In this document: piece by piece, positions 18,967 through 29,434 of the stretch | How positions within the stretch are numbered: the stretch's first letter is position 1 | Layout: the number at the start of each line of letters is the position of its first letter | Source: Alphaproteobacteria bacterium | Lineage (GTDB): Bacteria > Pseudomonadota > Alphaproteobacteria > RF32 > CAG-239 | Assembly: GCA_045639065.1 (NCBI GenBank) | Contig: JAZUCK010000003.1 | Location: forward strand, 31,900 to 95,899 | Length of the DNA: 64,000 nucleotides | Reading direction: 5' to 3' | The notes under the pieces: generated by a model | The model's input: the letters and a program-made list of their open reading frames with translations, nothing else | Told to the model about the DNA's origin: nothing | Database searches by the model: none | Position numbers and translations under genes: made by a program

Positions 18967-21585
18967 ATGACAAAACGTATGCTTATTGATGATACGCAAC
19001 CGGAAGAAACAAGAGTTGTGGTTGTTAACGGAAATAAACTTGAAGATGTTGAATTTGAAAGTTCTAACAGAAAGCAAATAAAAGGAAATATTTACCTCGG
19101 CAAGATTATGCGTGTAGAACCGTCTCTGCAAGCTTGCTTCGTTGATTATGGCGGAAACAAACACGGTTTTATGGCTTTTGGTGAAATTCACCCTGATTAC
19201 TATAATGTAACCGATGATGTTGTGGCCGAAATTGAAAAAGAAGTCGACGAAATAATCGAGAATAAAAAACGTATTATTAAAGAACGTGAACTTGAACGTG
19301 AACGCCGTGCTATTGAAAAGGCCAAAGCACGCGAAGAGGCTTTACGATTAAAAGCTGAACAAGAAGCTTTAGAAAAAGAAAGATCAGAACATGAAACAAC
19401 AGAAAATAATGAGGCTACATCAGCTGATAACAATGAAATAAAAGACGATGTTTCTAAAGAAAGTGTTGTTGAAGATAAACAAGAAGCAACAAACGAGGTT
19501 GTTGTCAATGCTGTTGAAAATTCTGATAAAAACAAGGTTGAAGAAACTGTTGAAGTCCCGATAATCAGTGAAGAAGAATTTATCGCAGAAGAAGAAGCTA
19601 AAGAGGAAGAAAGCGGTAAAAGAAAAACTAAACGAAGAGTTCTTAAAAAGAAATATCGCAAAAAAATATCTTCCGAAGAAAACAAAGAACAAGCGGAAGA
19701 AGTTAAAGTATTATCTGAAGATTATGGTTTAGAAGAAGAAACTGTCTCACAAGAAATTGAACAATCAGCAGATACTGATTGTGCTGATGAAGCATCTTCA
19801 TCTAATGAAAATTGTGATGATGACGATGATGACAATCAGGATAAATACGCTGATAATGACGAAACTTTTGATGATGATGACGACGATGAAGAAAATATTG
19901 ACTTTGAATTACAAAGAAAACTTATAAAATCGCGCAAGCTTTATCATCGCCATAAAATTCAAGATGTAATAAAAGAAGGCCAAACTGTTTTGGTTCAAGT
20001 AGTTAAAGAAGAGCGTGGTAATAAAGGTGCTGCTTTGACTACTTATTTATCTTTGGCCGGCAGATATTGTGTATTGATGCCTAACCGTATTAAAAGCGGC
20101 GGTGTTTCTCGTAAAATTACAAATGCATCAGACAGAAACAGACTTAAAGGCATTGTAAAAGAATTACCCTTAAATCCGGATATGTCGATTATTGTCAGAA
20201 CAGCAGGAGAAGAAAAAACTAAGGGCGAAATCGTTCGTGACTATAACTATCTTATAAGAGCTTGGAACAGAATTAGAATCGACTCTCTAAAGAGCAAAGC
20301 TCCCCAACTGATTTATGAAGAAGGCAATCTTATTAAAAGAGCTCTTCGCGATATTTATACCAAAGAAATATCCGAAATATTGGTAGCCGGTGATAATGCT
20401 TATAAATTAGCAAAAGATTTCTTTAAAATTTTATCTCCGCATAATTTGAAAAAAATTAAAAGTTATCGCAATAATGATATGCCTTTATTCCAGCGTTTTC
20501 AAGTTGAAGGTCAGTTAGATAAGTTGCATGATTCAAATGCTCAACTCGAATCGGGAGGATACTTGGTAATTAATCCGACAGAAGCTTTGGTTTCTATTGA
20601 TGTCAACTCCGGACGCGCTACAAAAGAAAAAAACTTAGAAGAAACGGCCTTAAAAACAAACTTAGAAGCTTGTGATGAAATTGCTCGTCAACTTCGTTTG
20701 CGTAATTTGGCAGGCCTTGTAGTTATTGACTTTATTGACATGGATGAACCGGCAAATAATCATGCTGTTGAAAAACGTATGAAAGAAGCTTTGAAAAAAG
20801 ATCGTTCCCGTATTCAAGTTGGTAAAATGAGTATTTTCGGGCTTTTGGAACTTTCTCGTCAACGTATGCATTCGGCATTTTGGGAAAGCAATTATCAAGT
20901 TTGTCCTTATTGCCATGGTAAAGGTATTACCAGAACTTTGGAATCTGCCGGTGTGTATATCTTGCGTACCATTGAAGAAGAAGGTTGTAAAAATCGTTCT
21001 TCTAAAATTACCGTTTTTGTTCCAACTGATATAGCTGTATATTTGCTTAATCAAAAACGTAAGACTTTGGTTGAATTGGAAAATAAATACAAAATGGAAA
21101 TTGCAATTTGTGCCGATAATTCAATTAAATGTGTTTCGGACTGCAGAATCGACAGAGTTAAACTTGTTATAAAAGAAGAAAAACCTGTTGTTGAAGAAGG
21201 TAAAAAAGAAGAAAGAACAAAGACTAAAACCAAAGTGAAACCTGCATCCGAGGTTGTTACTGAAGATAATGTTGTTGACGAAAAAGATGATAAAGAAGTC
21301 ATTATTGAACAAGAAAATGAAGCAGATGATGTCGACAACAATACAAAAAATGACAAAGGATACAGAAACCGCAGAAATCGCAGAGGACGCTTTGATCGTC
21401 GTAGAAACAGTCATCATAAGAACAATGACTTTGTGACAGAAAATCAAAATAATGAAGAAAAGCAAGAAGCTGTTATCTTATATGACAGCCACAGCGAAAA
21501 AAACAACGCGAATACTTCTGAAGACGTAAAAGATGATGAAAAGAAAGGAAAATCTAATTGGTGGAAAAAACTCATCAAGGGTTAA
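18967..21585 (+). CDS. rne: ribonuclease E
   Basis: KGNIYLGK..RVEPSLQACFVDYG, KEERGNKGAALTT, IDVNSG, IDFIDM, CPYCHG zinc link, C-terminal NWW motif; ATG at 18967 after GGAG. Confidence 0.96.
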   Translation: MTKRMLIDDTQPEETRVVVVNGNKLEDVEFESSNRKQIKGNIYLGKIMRVEPSLQACFVDYGGNKHGFMAFGEIHPDYYNVTDDVVAEIEKEVDEIIENKKRIIKERELERERRAIEKAKAREEALRLKAEQEALEKERSEHETTENNEATSADNNEIKDDVSKESVVEDKQEATNEVVVNAVENSDKNKVEETVEVPIISEEEFIAEEEAKEEESGKRKTKRRVLKKKYRKKISSEENKEQAEEVKVLSEDYGLEEETVSQEIEQSADTDCADEASSSNENCDDDDDDNQDKYADNDETFDDDDDDEENIDFELQRKLIKSRKLYHRHKIQDVIKEGQTVLVQVVKEERGNKGAALTTYLSLAGRYCVLMPNRIKSGGVSRKITNASDRNRLKGIVKELPLNPDMSIIVRTAGEEKTKGEIVRDYNYLIRAWNRIRIDSLKSKAPQLIYEEGNLIKRALRDIYTKEISEILVAGDNAYKLAKDFFKILSPHNLKKIKSYRNNDMPLFQRFQVEGQLDKLHDSNAQLESGGYLVINPTEALVSIDVNSGRATKEKNLEETALKTNLEACDEIARQLRLRNLAGLVVIDFIDMDEPANNHAVEKRMKEALKKDRSRIQVGKMSIFGLLELSRQRMHSAFWESNYQVCPYCHGKGITRTLESAGVYILRTIEEEGCKNRSSKITVFVPTDIAVYLLNQKRKTLVELENKYKMEIAICADNSIKCVSDCRIDRVKLVIKEEKPVVEEGKKEERTKTKTKVKPASEVVTEDNVVDEKDDKEVIIEQENEADDVDNNTKNDKGYRNRRNRRGRFDRRRNSHHKNNDFVTENQNNEEKQEAVILYDSHSEKNNANTSEDVKDDEKKGKSNWWKKLIKG

Positions 21586-22925
21586 TCTTTAGTTTCAAAA
21601 AAATCTGTAAAGGGCTGATTGGCGGACTTGTTCTGCTTTCGGCCCTTTTGCCTTTGGAAACAAAAGCACGAGAAATAAAACTTATCTCAGATGAAGAAAC
21701 CGAACAATTTTTGGCTGAAATAATTTCTCCATTATTTAAGGCTGCGGGAGTTCCTTTTTATCGTAATAATATTTTTATCGTTGAAGATGCCTCGTTAAAT
21801 GCTTTTGTGTCTGACGGCAACAGAATGTTTGTACATACCGGAACAATAATAAAAGCTGATTCGGCTAATGAGCTTAGCGGAGTGTTGGCCCATGAAACCG
21901 GACATATTATGGGCGGACACATTATAAGACAAAAACTTAAGGCGCAGGATATGTACGAAGTTTCAATGATTTCGGCAATTTTGGCCGGTGCTGCCGCTGC
22001 CGTAAGTGGTCGTGGTGATGCCGCAATGGCGGTAATGTTGGGTGGGCAGTCATCGCTAATCAATCATTTTACTCATTATCGAACCGAAGAAGAACGTTCT
22101 GCTGACGAGGCGGCAATAAAATTGCTTGGTGCCACACAGCAATCACCACTCGGAATCTTAAATTTTATGAAAAAAATCAAAAAAGAAAATATTATGGAGG
22201 GAAGAGAAGAAAGCCCATATTTCAGAACACACCCTATTACCAATGACAGAATTTACTTTTTTGAAAATGCTTTGGCTAATTCTCCTTATAAACAGATTCC
22301 ACAAAATGACTTTTTCTTAAGAATAAAAGCTAAAATCAAGGCTTATTTACAAAAACCGGAGCAAACTTTTAGGGAATATCCACTTTCTCGTGATGATACT
22401 CCGGCTGTTTATGCTCAAGCCATTGCTTATTTGAAAAAACTGGATTTCGATAAAGCCCTAAATAAAATTGATGTTCTTATTTTGCGAGATGCAAACAATC
22501 CTTTTTTCTACGAACTTAAAGGGCAGATATATTTAGAAACGGGAAAAATAAAACAAGCAAAACAAAATTTTGCCAAAGCTTATGAATTGTTGCCTAATTC
22601 ACATTTAATGCAAATGAATTATGCCCACGCCATTTTAGAAGATAACCCTAGTGCAAGCGATGCTAAAGCGGCCATAAAATTATTAAATAAAGCCTTGGTC
22701 AGAGAACAAAACATTACGATATGGATGCTCTTAGCAAAAGCGTATGGAATTATCGGCGATATGGCGAGAGCAACTTATGCTTCGGCAGAATACTCTTTTA
22801 AGATTGGTAATTTTGATGTGGCAAAAAAACAACTTGAAATTGCTAAGAAACATAAACCCGACAGCCAATTAAGATTGAAAATTGATGACTTGTCTCATCG
22901 CCTGAAAGCGATAGCTAAAAGCTAA
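21558..22925 (+). CDS. M48 family metalloprotease with TPR (BepA/YfgC-like)
   Basis: LNAF, GVLAHETGH, E..AD, RTHP, TPR-like C-terminus; exact start uncertain (overlaps the rne stop). Confidence 0.88.
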   Translation: MVEKTHQGLIFSFKKICKGLIGGLVLLSALLPLETKAREIKLISDEETEQFLAEIISPLFKAAGVPFYRNNIFIVEDASLNAFVSDGNRMFVHTGTIIKADSANELSGVLAHETGHIMGGHIIRQKLKAQDMYEVSMISAILAGAAAAVSGRGDAAMAVMLGGQSSLINHFTHYRTEEERSADEAAIKLLGATQQSPLGILNFMKKIKKENIMEGREESPYFRTHPITNDRIYFFENALANSPYKQIPQNDFFLRIKAKIKAYLQKPEQTFREYPLSRDDTPAVYAQAIAYLKKLDFDKALNKIDVLILRDANNPFFYELKGQIYLETGKIKQAKQNFAKAYELLPNSHLMQMNYAHAILEDNPSASDAKAAIKLLNKALVREQNITIWMLLAKAYGIIGDMARATYASAEYSFKIGNFDVAKKQLEIAKKHKPDSQLRLKIDDLSHRLKAIAKS

Positions 22926-22931
22926 TATTTT

Positions 22932-23387
22932 TTAAGCTTTTTGTTGCCAAGAGCCTCTGTCATCTTGTTGCCAATAGTAACACTCCATATCATGAGCTTT
23001 AAGTTGTTGCCAAAATTTACGCGACCAATTGAGTTCATCTTGATTGTTGCCATCAAAAATATTTAGTATACGCTCAAATGATTGTGCTTTTTCAACATCT
23101 GTTTTAGCGCAATCGACTAAAAATAAAATTGTGGCATCATTGGGATTGTCATCTTGCGAAGTAAGCCATATAGGTTGCAAATTGGCATTTCCGTCTTTTT
23201 TCGTTCCGTGCGGTAAAAATGACTGATCATCATAACTCCACAGGTGAGTATTTAAAAATTCGACTCTTTCTTCATTACCTATTTTGACCAATATTTTTTT
23301 ACCGGTTGCATAGGCTTTTTCTAAAAGCTTTGGCAAAGAATCTTCAATATTGCCTTTTTGTAAGTGATAAAAATCTACTCTAGTCAT
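22932..23387 (-). CDS. holC: DNA polymerase III subunit chi
   Basis: RVDFYHL, LPKLLEK, LW....SFLPHG, QPIWLT, YWQQ...G.W. Confidence 0.93.
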   Translation of the reverse strand: MTRVDFYHLQKGNIEDSLPKLLEKAYATGKKILVKIGNEERVEFLNTHLWSYDDQSFLPHGTKKDGNANLQPIWLTSQDDNPNDATILFLVDCAKTDVEKAQSFERILNIFDGNNQDELNWSRKFWQQLKAHDMECYYWQQDDRGSWQQKA

Positions 23388-24753
23388 TGCTTTTAATGCT
23401 CACTTTTATGGTTTGTGGAAGTTTATCTGATAGTATATCTATTTTTATCATATCATCATTATTTTTTACGGCATAATCGACATATGCTTTTACGTCTTCG
23501 AGCGATGTTACTTCCTTATCGTTTATTTTTTGTATGATATCGCCCGATTTTAAGCCTTTGGTATACATATCAGAATCACTTAAGATATCTTCAATAATTA
23601 CCGAATTTTTCTCATCTTTAACAACTATACCCAATGTTTCAATATATCCTTTCAAGAGTTTGGTTGTTTTAGTCGAGCTAACAGGTTTTGCTTCATTTTT
23701 TACATCAGGCATTTGTGCTATTTTTAAGCTTAGGTCTTTGGTTTGCATATTTTGCCATACTCGCAAAATAACATCAGAACCTATTTTGCTTTCGGCAATT
23801 TGACGAGAAAAACTTTTGGCATTTTTGATATCTTTTCCGTTAACAGACATGATAATATCACCTACTTGAATATTTTCTTTAGCACAAGGAGAATTTGGAA
23901 GAACGCTGCTTATGACAACACCTTTATTAAAATTATGCTTGTCACTTATAGCAATATTTTCGTTATTATCCATAACCTTAAGCCCCAACCAGCCTCTTTC
24001 AACTTTGCCCTTGCTTTTAAGCTGTTCGACAACAAACTTGCTCAAGTTTATCGGTGTGGCAAAGCCTATTCCCATACTGGCACCAGATGTTGAATATAAG
24101 GCTGTGTTAACTCCGACAACCTCGCCGGACATATTAAACATTGGTCCACCTGATGAGCCCTGATTTATTGAGGCATCAGTTTGAATAAAATTATCGTAAG
24201 CACCTGCGTCTATATCACGAGATTTGGCACTGACAATTCCGGCGGTAACACTTCCGCCAAGACCGAAAGGATTACCTATTGCCAAAATCCAATCACCTAC
24301 TTTAAGCTCATCGGAGTTTCCGATTTTTACAAACGGAAAAGGTTTTTCTGAGTCTATTTTTACCAAAGCCAAATCAGTCATTTTATCGGCACCTATAAGT
24401 TTGGCATTATATTGCGTATTATCTGAGGTTTTTACAATAATCTCATTAGCACCGTCAATAACATGAGCATTAGTAACTATATAGCCTTGAGGGTCTATTA
24501 AAAATCCTGAACCCAGAGATGTATATCCGCCCTCGTCTTGAACAAAATAATTATTGATAAATTCATTAGCGCTGACAATTTCCGGATTTGTTTCTGCATT
24601 TTTGTTATTATGGGTCGTTGAAATGTTTACAACTCCATCAATAAGTTTTTCAACTAATGGGGCAAATGATATACCGTATCCCACATTGTTTTGAGCAAAA
24701 ACATCTGTTGAGTGCAAAAACAAAAATAATATCAGCGCAATGAATTTTATCAT
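23380..24753 (-). CDS. Do/DegQ family periplasmic serine protease with two PDZ domains
   Basis: SLGSGF, TNAHV, DLAL, AIGNPFGL, IQTDASINQGSSGGP. Confidence 0.93.
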   Translation of the reverse strand: MIKFIALILFLFLHSTDVFAQNNVGYGISFAPLVEKLIDGVVNISTTHNNKNAETNPEIVSANEFINNYFVQDEGGYTSLGSGFLIDPQGYIVTNAHVIDGANEIIVKTSDNTQYNAKLIGADKMTDLALVKIDSEKPFPFVKIGNSDELKVGDWILAIGNPFGLGGSVTAGIVSAKSRDIDAGAYDNFIQTDASINQGSSGGPMFNMSGEVVGVNTALYSTSGASMGIGFATPINLSKFVVEQLKSKGKVERGWLGLKVMDNNENIAISDKHNFNKGVVISSVLPNSPCAKENIQVGDIIMSVNGKDIKNAKSFSRQIAESKIGSDVILRVWQNMQTKDLSLKIAQMPDVKNEAKPVSSTKTTKLLKGYIETLGIVVKDEKNSVIIEDILSDSDMYTKGLKSGDIIQKINDKEVTSLEDVKAYVDYAVKNNDDMIKIDILSDKLPQTIKVSIKSND

Positions 24754-24765
24754 TTATTTACAGTC

Positions 24766-25638
24766 CTACTTTTTTGTTGTTTTTTTGAAGTAGTCAAAAA
24801 ATTCGGCATCGGGAGATAGTACCAACGATGTATTACCATCGCCTGACATCGATTTTTTGTATGCCTCTAAAGAACGATAAAAAGCAAAGAAATCAGTATC
24901 AACGCCTGCGGCATTATTCCAAATTTCGATAGCTTGTTTATCGCCCTCGCCTCGAATTATCTGAGCTTGTTTTTCGGCATCGGCAATAATTACAGCTTGT
25001 TCTTTTTCGGCTGTTGCACGAATTTTTTGTGCTTCTTGCTGACCGGTGGCTCTAAATTCTTTGGCTTCACGTTCACGTTCGGTTTTCATACGGGCATTGA
25101 TTGCTTGGAGCACTTCGACCGGCAAGTCGGCTCGACGAATACGAACATCGGCAACACTAACTCCGATTTGTTCGGCATCAACTTTTACAGCCTTTGAAAT
25201 ATCAGCCATAATTTGTGTACGTTTACTTGATAACAATTCTTGTAATGTTATGCGACCCAAAACTTTACGTACAGAAGAATTTACGATTTCTTCCAGCTTT
25301 GAACGAGCTTGATATTCGTTGCGAACTGTTTGATAAAACTTTAGAGGATCAACAATGCGATAACGAGTGAAGTTATCGACATCAAGACGTTTTTTATCGT
25401 TAAGGACAACTTCTTGTGCCGGTGGCTCAAGATTTAGCAAGCGGTTATCATAAACAACGACTTTTTGAATAAACGGAACTTTAAACTTAAGACCTGCTTG
25501 TTTAATTTCTCTTATCGGCTCACCAAATTGTAAGACTATTGCCTGTTCGGTTTGATTGATGATAAACATTGTCTCGAACAAAATAACGACAACGGCAAGT
25601 ATAATTCCGCCAATAACTAATTTTAATTTATCTGACAT
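24766..25638 (-). CDS. hflC: protease modulator HflC
   Basis: SPFH domain, RM.TERERE, GEGD, FFAFYRSLEAY; follows hflK. Confidence 0.95.
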   Translation of the reverse strand: MSDKLKLVIGGIILAVVVILFETMFIINQTEQAIVLQFGEPIREIKQAGLKFKVPFIQKVVVYDNRLLNLEPPAQEVVLNDKKRLDVDNFTRYRIVDPLKFYQTVRNEYQARSKLEEIVNSSVRKVLGRITLQELLSSKRTQIMADISKAVKVDAEQIGVSVADVRIRRADLPVEVLQAINARMKTEREREAKEFRATGQQEAQKIRATAEKEQAVIIADAEKQAQIIRGEGDKQAIEIWNNAAGVDTDFFAFYRSLEAYKKSMSGDGNTSLVLSPDAEFFDYFKKTTKK

Positions 25639-26669
25639 CAGTTTGCTCCTTTATTAAGTTTATCAAGCGGTAAATAAGGAATTACGTTATTTCCTTTGGC
25701 TGAAGAATCGATAATAACCTTATCGGAATTACCCAAAACATTTTCCATTGTTTCCAGGTATAATCTTTTTATAGTAACTTCTTTACCGTTTTTATAGGCA
25801 TCATAAACCGATAAAAATCTTTCGGCCTCACCTTTTGCTTTGCTTACAACAGCTTGTTTATAAGCTTCGGCATTTTGCAAACGTTGAGCGGCCTCACCTC
25901 GTGATTTGGGCAAAATTTCGTTGCGATATGCCTCGGCTTCGTTTTTGAAGCGTTCCATATCGGCTTTGGCACGCTGAACTTCGTTAAAAGCATCTACCAC
26001 TTGTTTCGGAGGATCGGCTTTTTGCAATTTGATACGTACAACCTTAATACCTGCACCAAATTCATCTAATACTTTTTGTAATTCTTCTTTGGTTTCGTCT
26101 TCGACTTTACCTCGATCACCGGAAATAATCGGTAACATTTGTGATTGACCTACAATTTCACGCAAAACAGACTGAGCTGCAACTCTGACGGTTTGATCAG
26201 GTGATTGCATATTAAATACATAGTCTTTGGCATTTTCAACACGCCATACAATGGTCAAGTTAATATCAACAATGTTTTCATCACCGGTGAGCATGTGTGT
26301 TTCGGTAAAAGTATTAGTTCCTACTTCTTTGGTTTCTTGTCCACCAAGGTTGATACTACGTTCTTGAGTAATATTTACCTTTTTGATTGTTTCTATCGGA
26401 TATGGTAAATGATAGTGAAGTCCAGGAGTTGTGGTTTCGTTATATGCTCCGAAACGCAACACAACAGCTTCTTCATTAGGTTGAACCTGATAGAACCCTG
26501 AACCGAGCCAGATAAGTAAAACTACGATTACTCCCCACCACCATTTGAACTCAATTTCAACCGGTTTTTTGGGCTTGAATTGTCTTACCTTTGGAGTGAT
26601 AATATCATTATCTGCCCAAGGTCCTTTATCTTCATCGTTATCGTCCCACGGACTAGGAATTTTTGCCAT
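25638..26669 (-). CDS. hflK: protease modulator HflK
   Basis: N-terminal PW motifs, GLHYHLPYPIE, MLTGDENIV, PPKQVVDAFNEV, RLYLETME. Confidence 0.95.
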   Translation of the reverse strand: MAKIPSPWDDNDEDKGPWADNDIITPKVRQFKPKKPVEIEFKWWWGVIVVLLIWLGSGFYQVQPNEEAVVLRFGAYNETTTPGLHYHLPYPIETIKKVNITQERSINLGGQETKEVGTNTFTETHMLTGDENIVDINLTIVWRVENAKDYVFNMQSPDQTVRVAAQSVLREIVGQSQMLPIISGDRGKVEDETKEELQKVLDEFGAGIKVVRIKLQKADPPKQVVDAFNEVQRAKADMERFKNEAEAYRNEILPKSRGEAAQRLQNAEAYKQAVVSKAKGEAERFLSVYDAYKNGKEVTIKRLYLETMENVLGNSDKVIIDSSAKGNNVIPYLPLDKLNKGAN

Positions 26670-26768
26670 AATTTAAATTTCTCCACTTTTTTAGTTGCAA
26701 CATTTGGATTATATAATATAAATAGTCCAAGAAAACAATAATCATACATCTATCAACAGGGGAAGATT

Positions 26769-27752
26769 ATGGAAGACTTGATAAAAAAAATAGCCCTCAA
26801 ATATTATAAGGAGAGCTCTATCGCTTCGATAAATTTTGCTAATTCTCGTATAATAATCACAATCCAAAATGAACAAGAAAACAAAGAATTAGCAGATAAA
26901 CTTAAAGCCGAACTTTCAAATTTTGAAAACGTAAAAAAAGTAAATATTATATATACGGCCAATAAAGCTCAGCCTACTTTACAAGATGCTCCCGATATGT
27001 GGAAAGTAAAGAATGTTAAAAAAATTATTGCTGTTGCCTCGGGCAAAGGTGGGGTCGGAAAATCTACAACATCTGTCAATTTAGCTTTAGCTTTATCTAA
27101 ATTGGGCAAAAAAGTTGCCCTTTTTGATGCTGATATTTACGGACCATCAATCCCAACAATGTTAGGATATGAAAATCAGCCGGCAACATCGAAAGACGGT
27201 AAAACTTTTGAACCATTCGAAGCTTATGGTTTACAGTCAATGTCTATCGGTACTTTAATTGACAGAGATACTCCGCTTATTTGGCGTGGTTCTAAGGCTT
27301 GCGGAGCTATTGAACAACTATTAACCGAAGTCAATTGGGGCGAAATTGATATTATGATTCTTGATATGCCTCCGGGAACCGGTGATATTCAAATAACCAT
27401 TTCTCAGAGATTGAAACTTGATGGAGCGGTTATTGTTTCAACTCCGCAAGACATTGCTCTTATTGATGCCGTTAAAGGCGTTAATATGTTTTCTAAGGTT
27501 GATGTGCCTATATTGGGAATTGTAGAAAATATGAGCTACTATATTTGTCCGAAATGCGGTAATCGTGATGATATATTCGGCCATGCAGGTGCCAGAGAAA
27601 CTTCACAACGTTTGGGCGTAAAATTCTTGGGTGAAATTCCTTTGAATTATACCATACGCTCACATGCCGATGCCGGTAAACCTATTGTTTTTGCCGATCC
27701 GGACAGTGAGTATGCAAAAGCATATATCGAAATTGCACAAAAATTGATTTAA
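26769..27752 (+). CDS. Mrp/ApbC (NBP35 family) Fe-S cluster carrier ATPase
   Basis: SGKGGVGKST, DADIYGPS, DMPPGTGD, ENMS...CPKC. Confidence 0.95.
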   Translation: MEDLIKKIALKYYKESSIASINFANSRIIITIQNEQENKELADKLKAELSNFENVKKVNIIYTANKAQPTLQDAPDMWKVKNVKKIIAVASGKGGVGKSTTSVNLALALSKLGKKVALFDADIYGPSIPTMLGYENQPATSKDGKTFEPFEAYGLQSMSIGTLIDRDTPLIWRGSKACGAIEQLLTEVNWGEIDIMILDMPPGTGDIQITISQRLKLDGAVIVSTPQDIALIDAVKGVNMFSKVDVPILGIVENMSYYICPKCGNRDDIFGHAGARETSQRLGVKFLGEIPLNYTIRSHADAGKPIVFADPDSEYAKAYIEIAQKLI

Positions 27753-27754
27753 CG

Positions 27755-27785
27755 AAAATCCCCTCAAACATTTGAGGGGATTTTT
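27755..27785. terminator. bidirectional intrinsic terminator
   Basis: AAAATCCCCTCAAA-CA-TTTGAGGGGATTTT perfect hairpin between convergent genes. Confidence 0.9.
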
Positions 27786-27786
27786 A

Positions 27787-29418
27787 TTATTCATTACAGT
27801 ATTCTTTTAGCTGGCTTGGATAATTTATATCCAAAAGCTTTTTTTCATCTTTTGTTTCTACAGTCTTAATATAATCGTTGTGTTCAATCAAAACTGCTCG
27901 CATATGTGCATTTTCCGGTATTATCTGAGCTTTGGGATATAACGACTTTGACCACAATATCGGATTATTTTTAACCCCCTTGTAGCTAAATACACAAATC
28001 GACTTTTCTTCATTCTTATCAAATTTTGCAATCAATTTATTTAAATCTTGAGCTGTAATGTTAGGCATATCTGCCGGTAGTAATATAGCACCGTCACAAG
28101 ATGCCGGCATTGACTTTATTCCGGCGTTTATTGATGACTGTATACCGGTTTCAAATGCTCGATTGAATACAACATTTACATCATATCCTTTTATATATTC
28201 TTCTATCTCATCATGATTTTGACCGACAATAACAAATATCGGTTTAGCATCTGAAGCTATTGCCGATTTTAGTGATTTCATAAACAATGGTTCGCCATTT
28301 TTATCTTCGACCAATAACTTATTTGTTCCACATCTTCTGCCCGCTCCGGCGGCCAAAATAACAACGCCTACCGAAGCCTTTTCTTTTGAATTTTGTTTTT
28401 TATCAGAAGATATAAATTTATTATTATCATCATGCATATATGTATCAATCTTTGAGATTGTAACGGCTTCTTTATTTTGAAATACATTCTCGTCAAGATA
28501 TTCGCTAAACATTACATATTTTATAAGCTTATCTATATCTTTGGTTTCGGCGATATCATAGGAATGAGGTATTACAAATATCTTTGTATTTCCTTTTTGA
28601 GCTACAACAAAATCAGATAATAAGACATCGGGGTATTTATAATTTATTATCTTATCGGCGTATTTTTCTATAGCTTTATATACCACATCTTGACGTGATG
28701 AACTTTTTAGCGGACTTAGCACAAATATTACATCTGACCCTTTACTATCATACAAAGAATCGGATATACTGTCTACATCATATTTTGAATGTTTTTCGTT
28801 ACCAAAATTGAACCCTACATCATTAAGATTTGTTATAATTTTCATAACAACCGATGTGAAATACATATTCTCATTATCATCATTGAGTATATGAGGATAT
28901 ATGAAAACAGATTTCCTTTCACTTATTTCAGCTATCGATAATAGGTTAAAATTACCTGATAATCGAAAAATTATATCATCAATTTCATCTTCTTTAATAA
29001 AAGGAGGAATAACTTCTAATATAGCAACAACATCATCTTTTTTTATGGTTGTATATGGTTTTATAATGTTTAGCACCACATTTTCATTAAAACGGTTAAA
29101 TTTGTTTACTCGTTGTTCATCAGCCATAAATATGCCGTTACAAGTAGCAACAATTTTACAAACACCATCTTCCTGAGTAACAAACCCAAGCCCTTTGCCG
29201 CTTATTTGTGCAGATATTTGATTTTGAGCCGTTTTAAAATCAACATCATCATTTTCGGCAACCACACCGTATATACTATCAACACCTCGAGATTTTAACA
29301 ATAGTTTATCTTCGGGAGTTATAGAATGTCCTTTGCGATATACTTTACCACTAATTACAAGATCGTTCGGTAATATAGCACCAATTGCCTGATTTATTGT
29401 AAAATTTTCATATCGCAT
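27787..29418 (-). CDS. molybdopterin-binding domain / MocA-like nucleotidyltransferase fusion
   Basis: N-terminal MoeA/MoCF-like region; C-terminal ILAAG..RR.G.NKLL, DMP and NPILW motifs of NTP_transf_3 (MobA/MocA). Confidence 0.75.
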   Translation of the reverse strand: MRYENFTINQAIGAILPNDLVISGKVYRKGHSITPEDKLLLKSRGVDSIYGVVAENDDVDFKTAQNQISAQISGKGLGFVTQEDGVCKIVATCNGIFMADEQRVNKFNRFNENVVLNIIKPYTTIKKDDVVAILEVIPPFIKEDEIDDIIFRLSGNFNLLSIAEISERKSVFIYPHILNDDNENMYFTSVVMKIITNLNDVGFNFGNEKHSKYDVDSISDSLYDSKGSDVIFVLSPLKSSSRQDVVYKAIEKYADKIINYKYPDVLLSDFVVAQKGNTKIFVIPHSYDIAETKDIDKLIKYVMFSEYLDENVFQNKEAVTISKIDTYMHDDNNKFISSDKKQNSKEKASVGVVILAAGAGRRCGTNKLLVEDKNGEPLFMKSLKSAIASDAKPIFVIVGQNHDEIEEYIKGYDVNVVFNRAFETGIQSSINAGIKSMPASCDGAILLPADMPNITAQDLNKLIAKFDKNEEKSICVFSYKGVKNNPILWSKSLYPKAQIIPENAHMRAVLIEHNDYIKTVETKDEKKLLDINYPSQLKEYCNE

Positions 29419-29434
29419 ATTTTTTCCTTAAATA

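Noticed and set aside
19200-21465. Ser/Phe-rich minus-strand ORFs inside rne
   Set aside because: Antisense artefacts of GAA/GAT-rich codons
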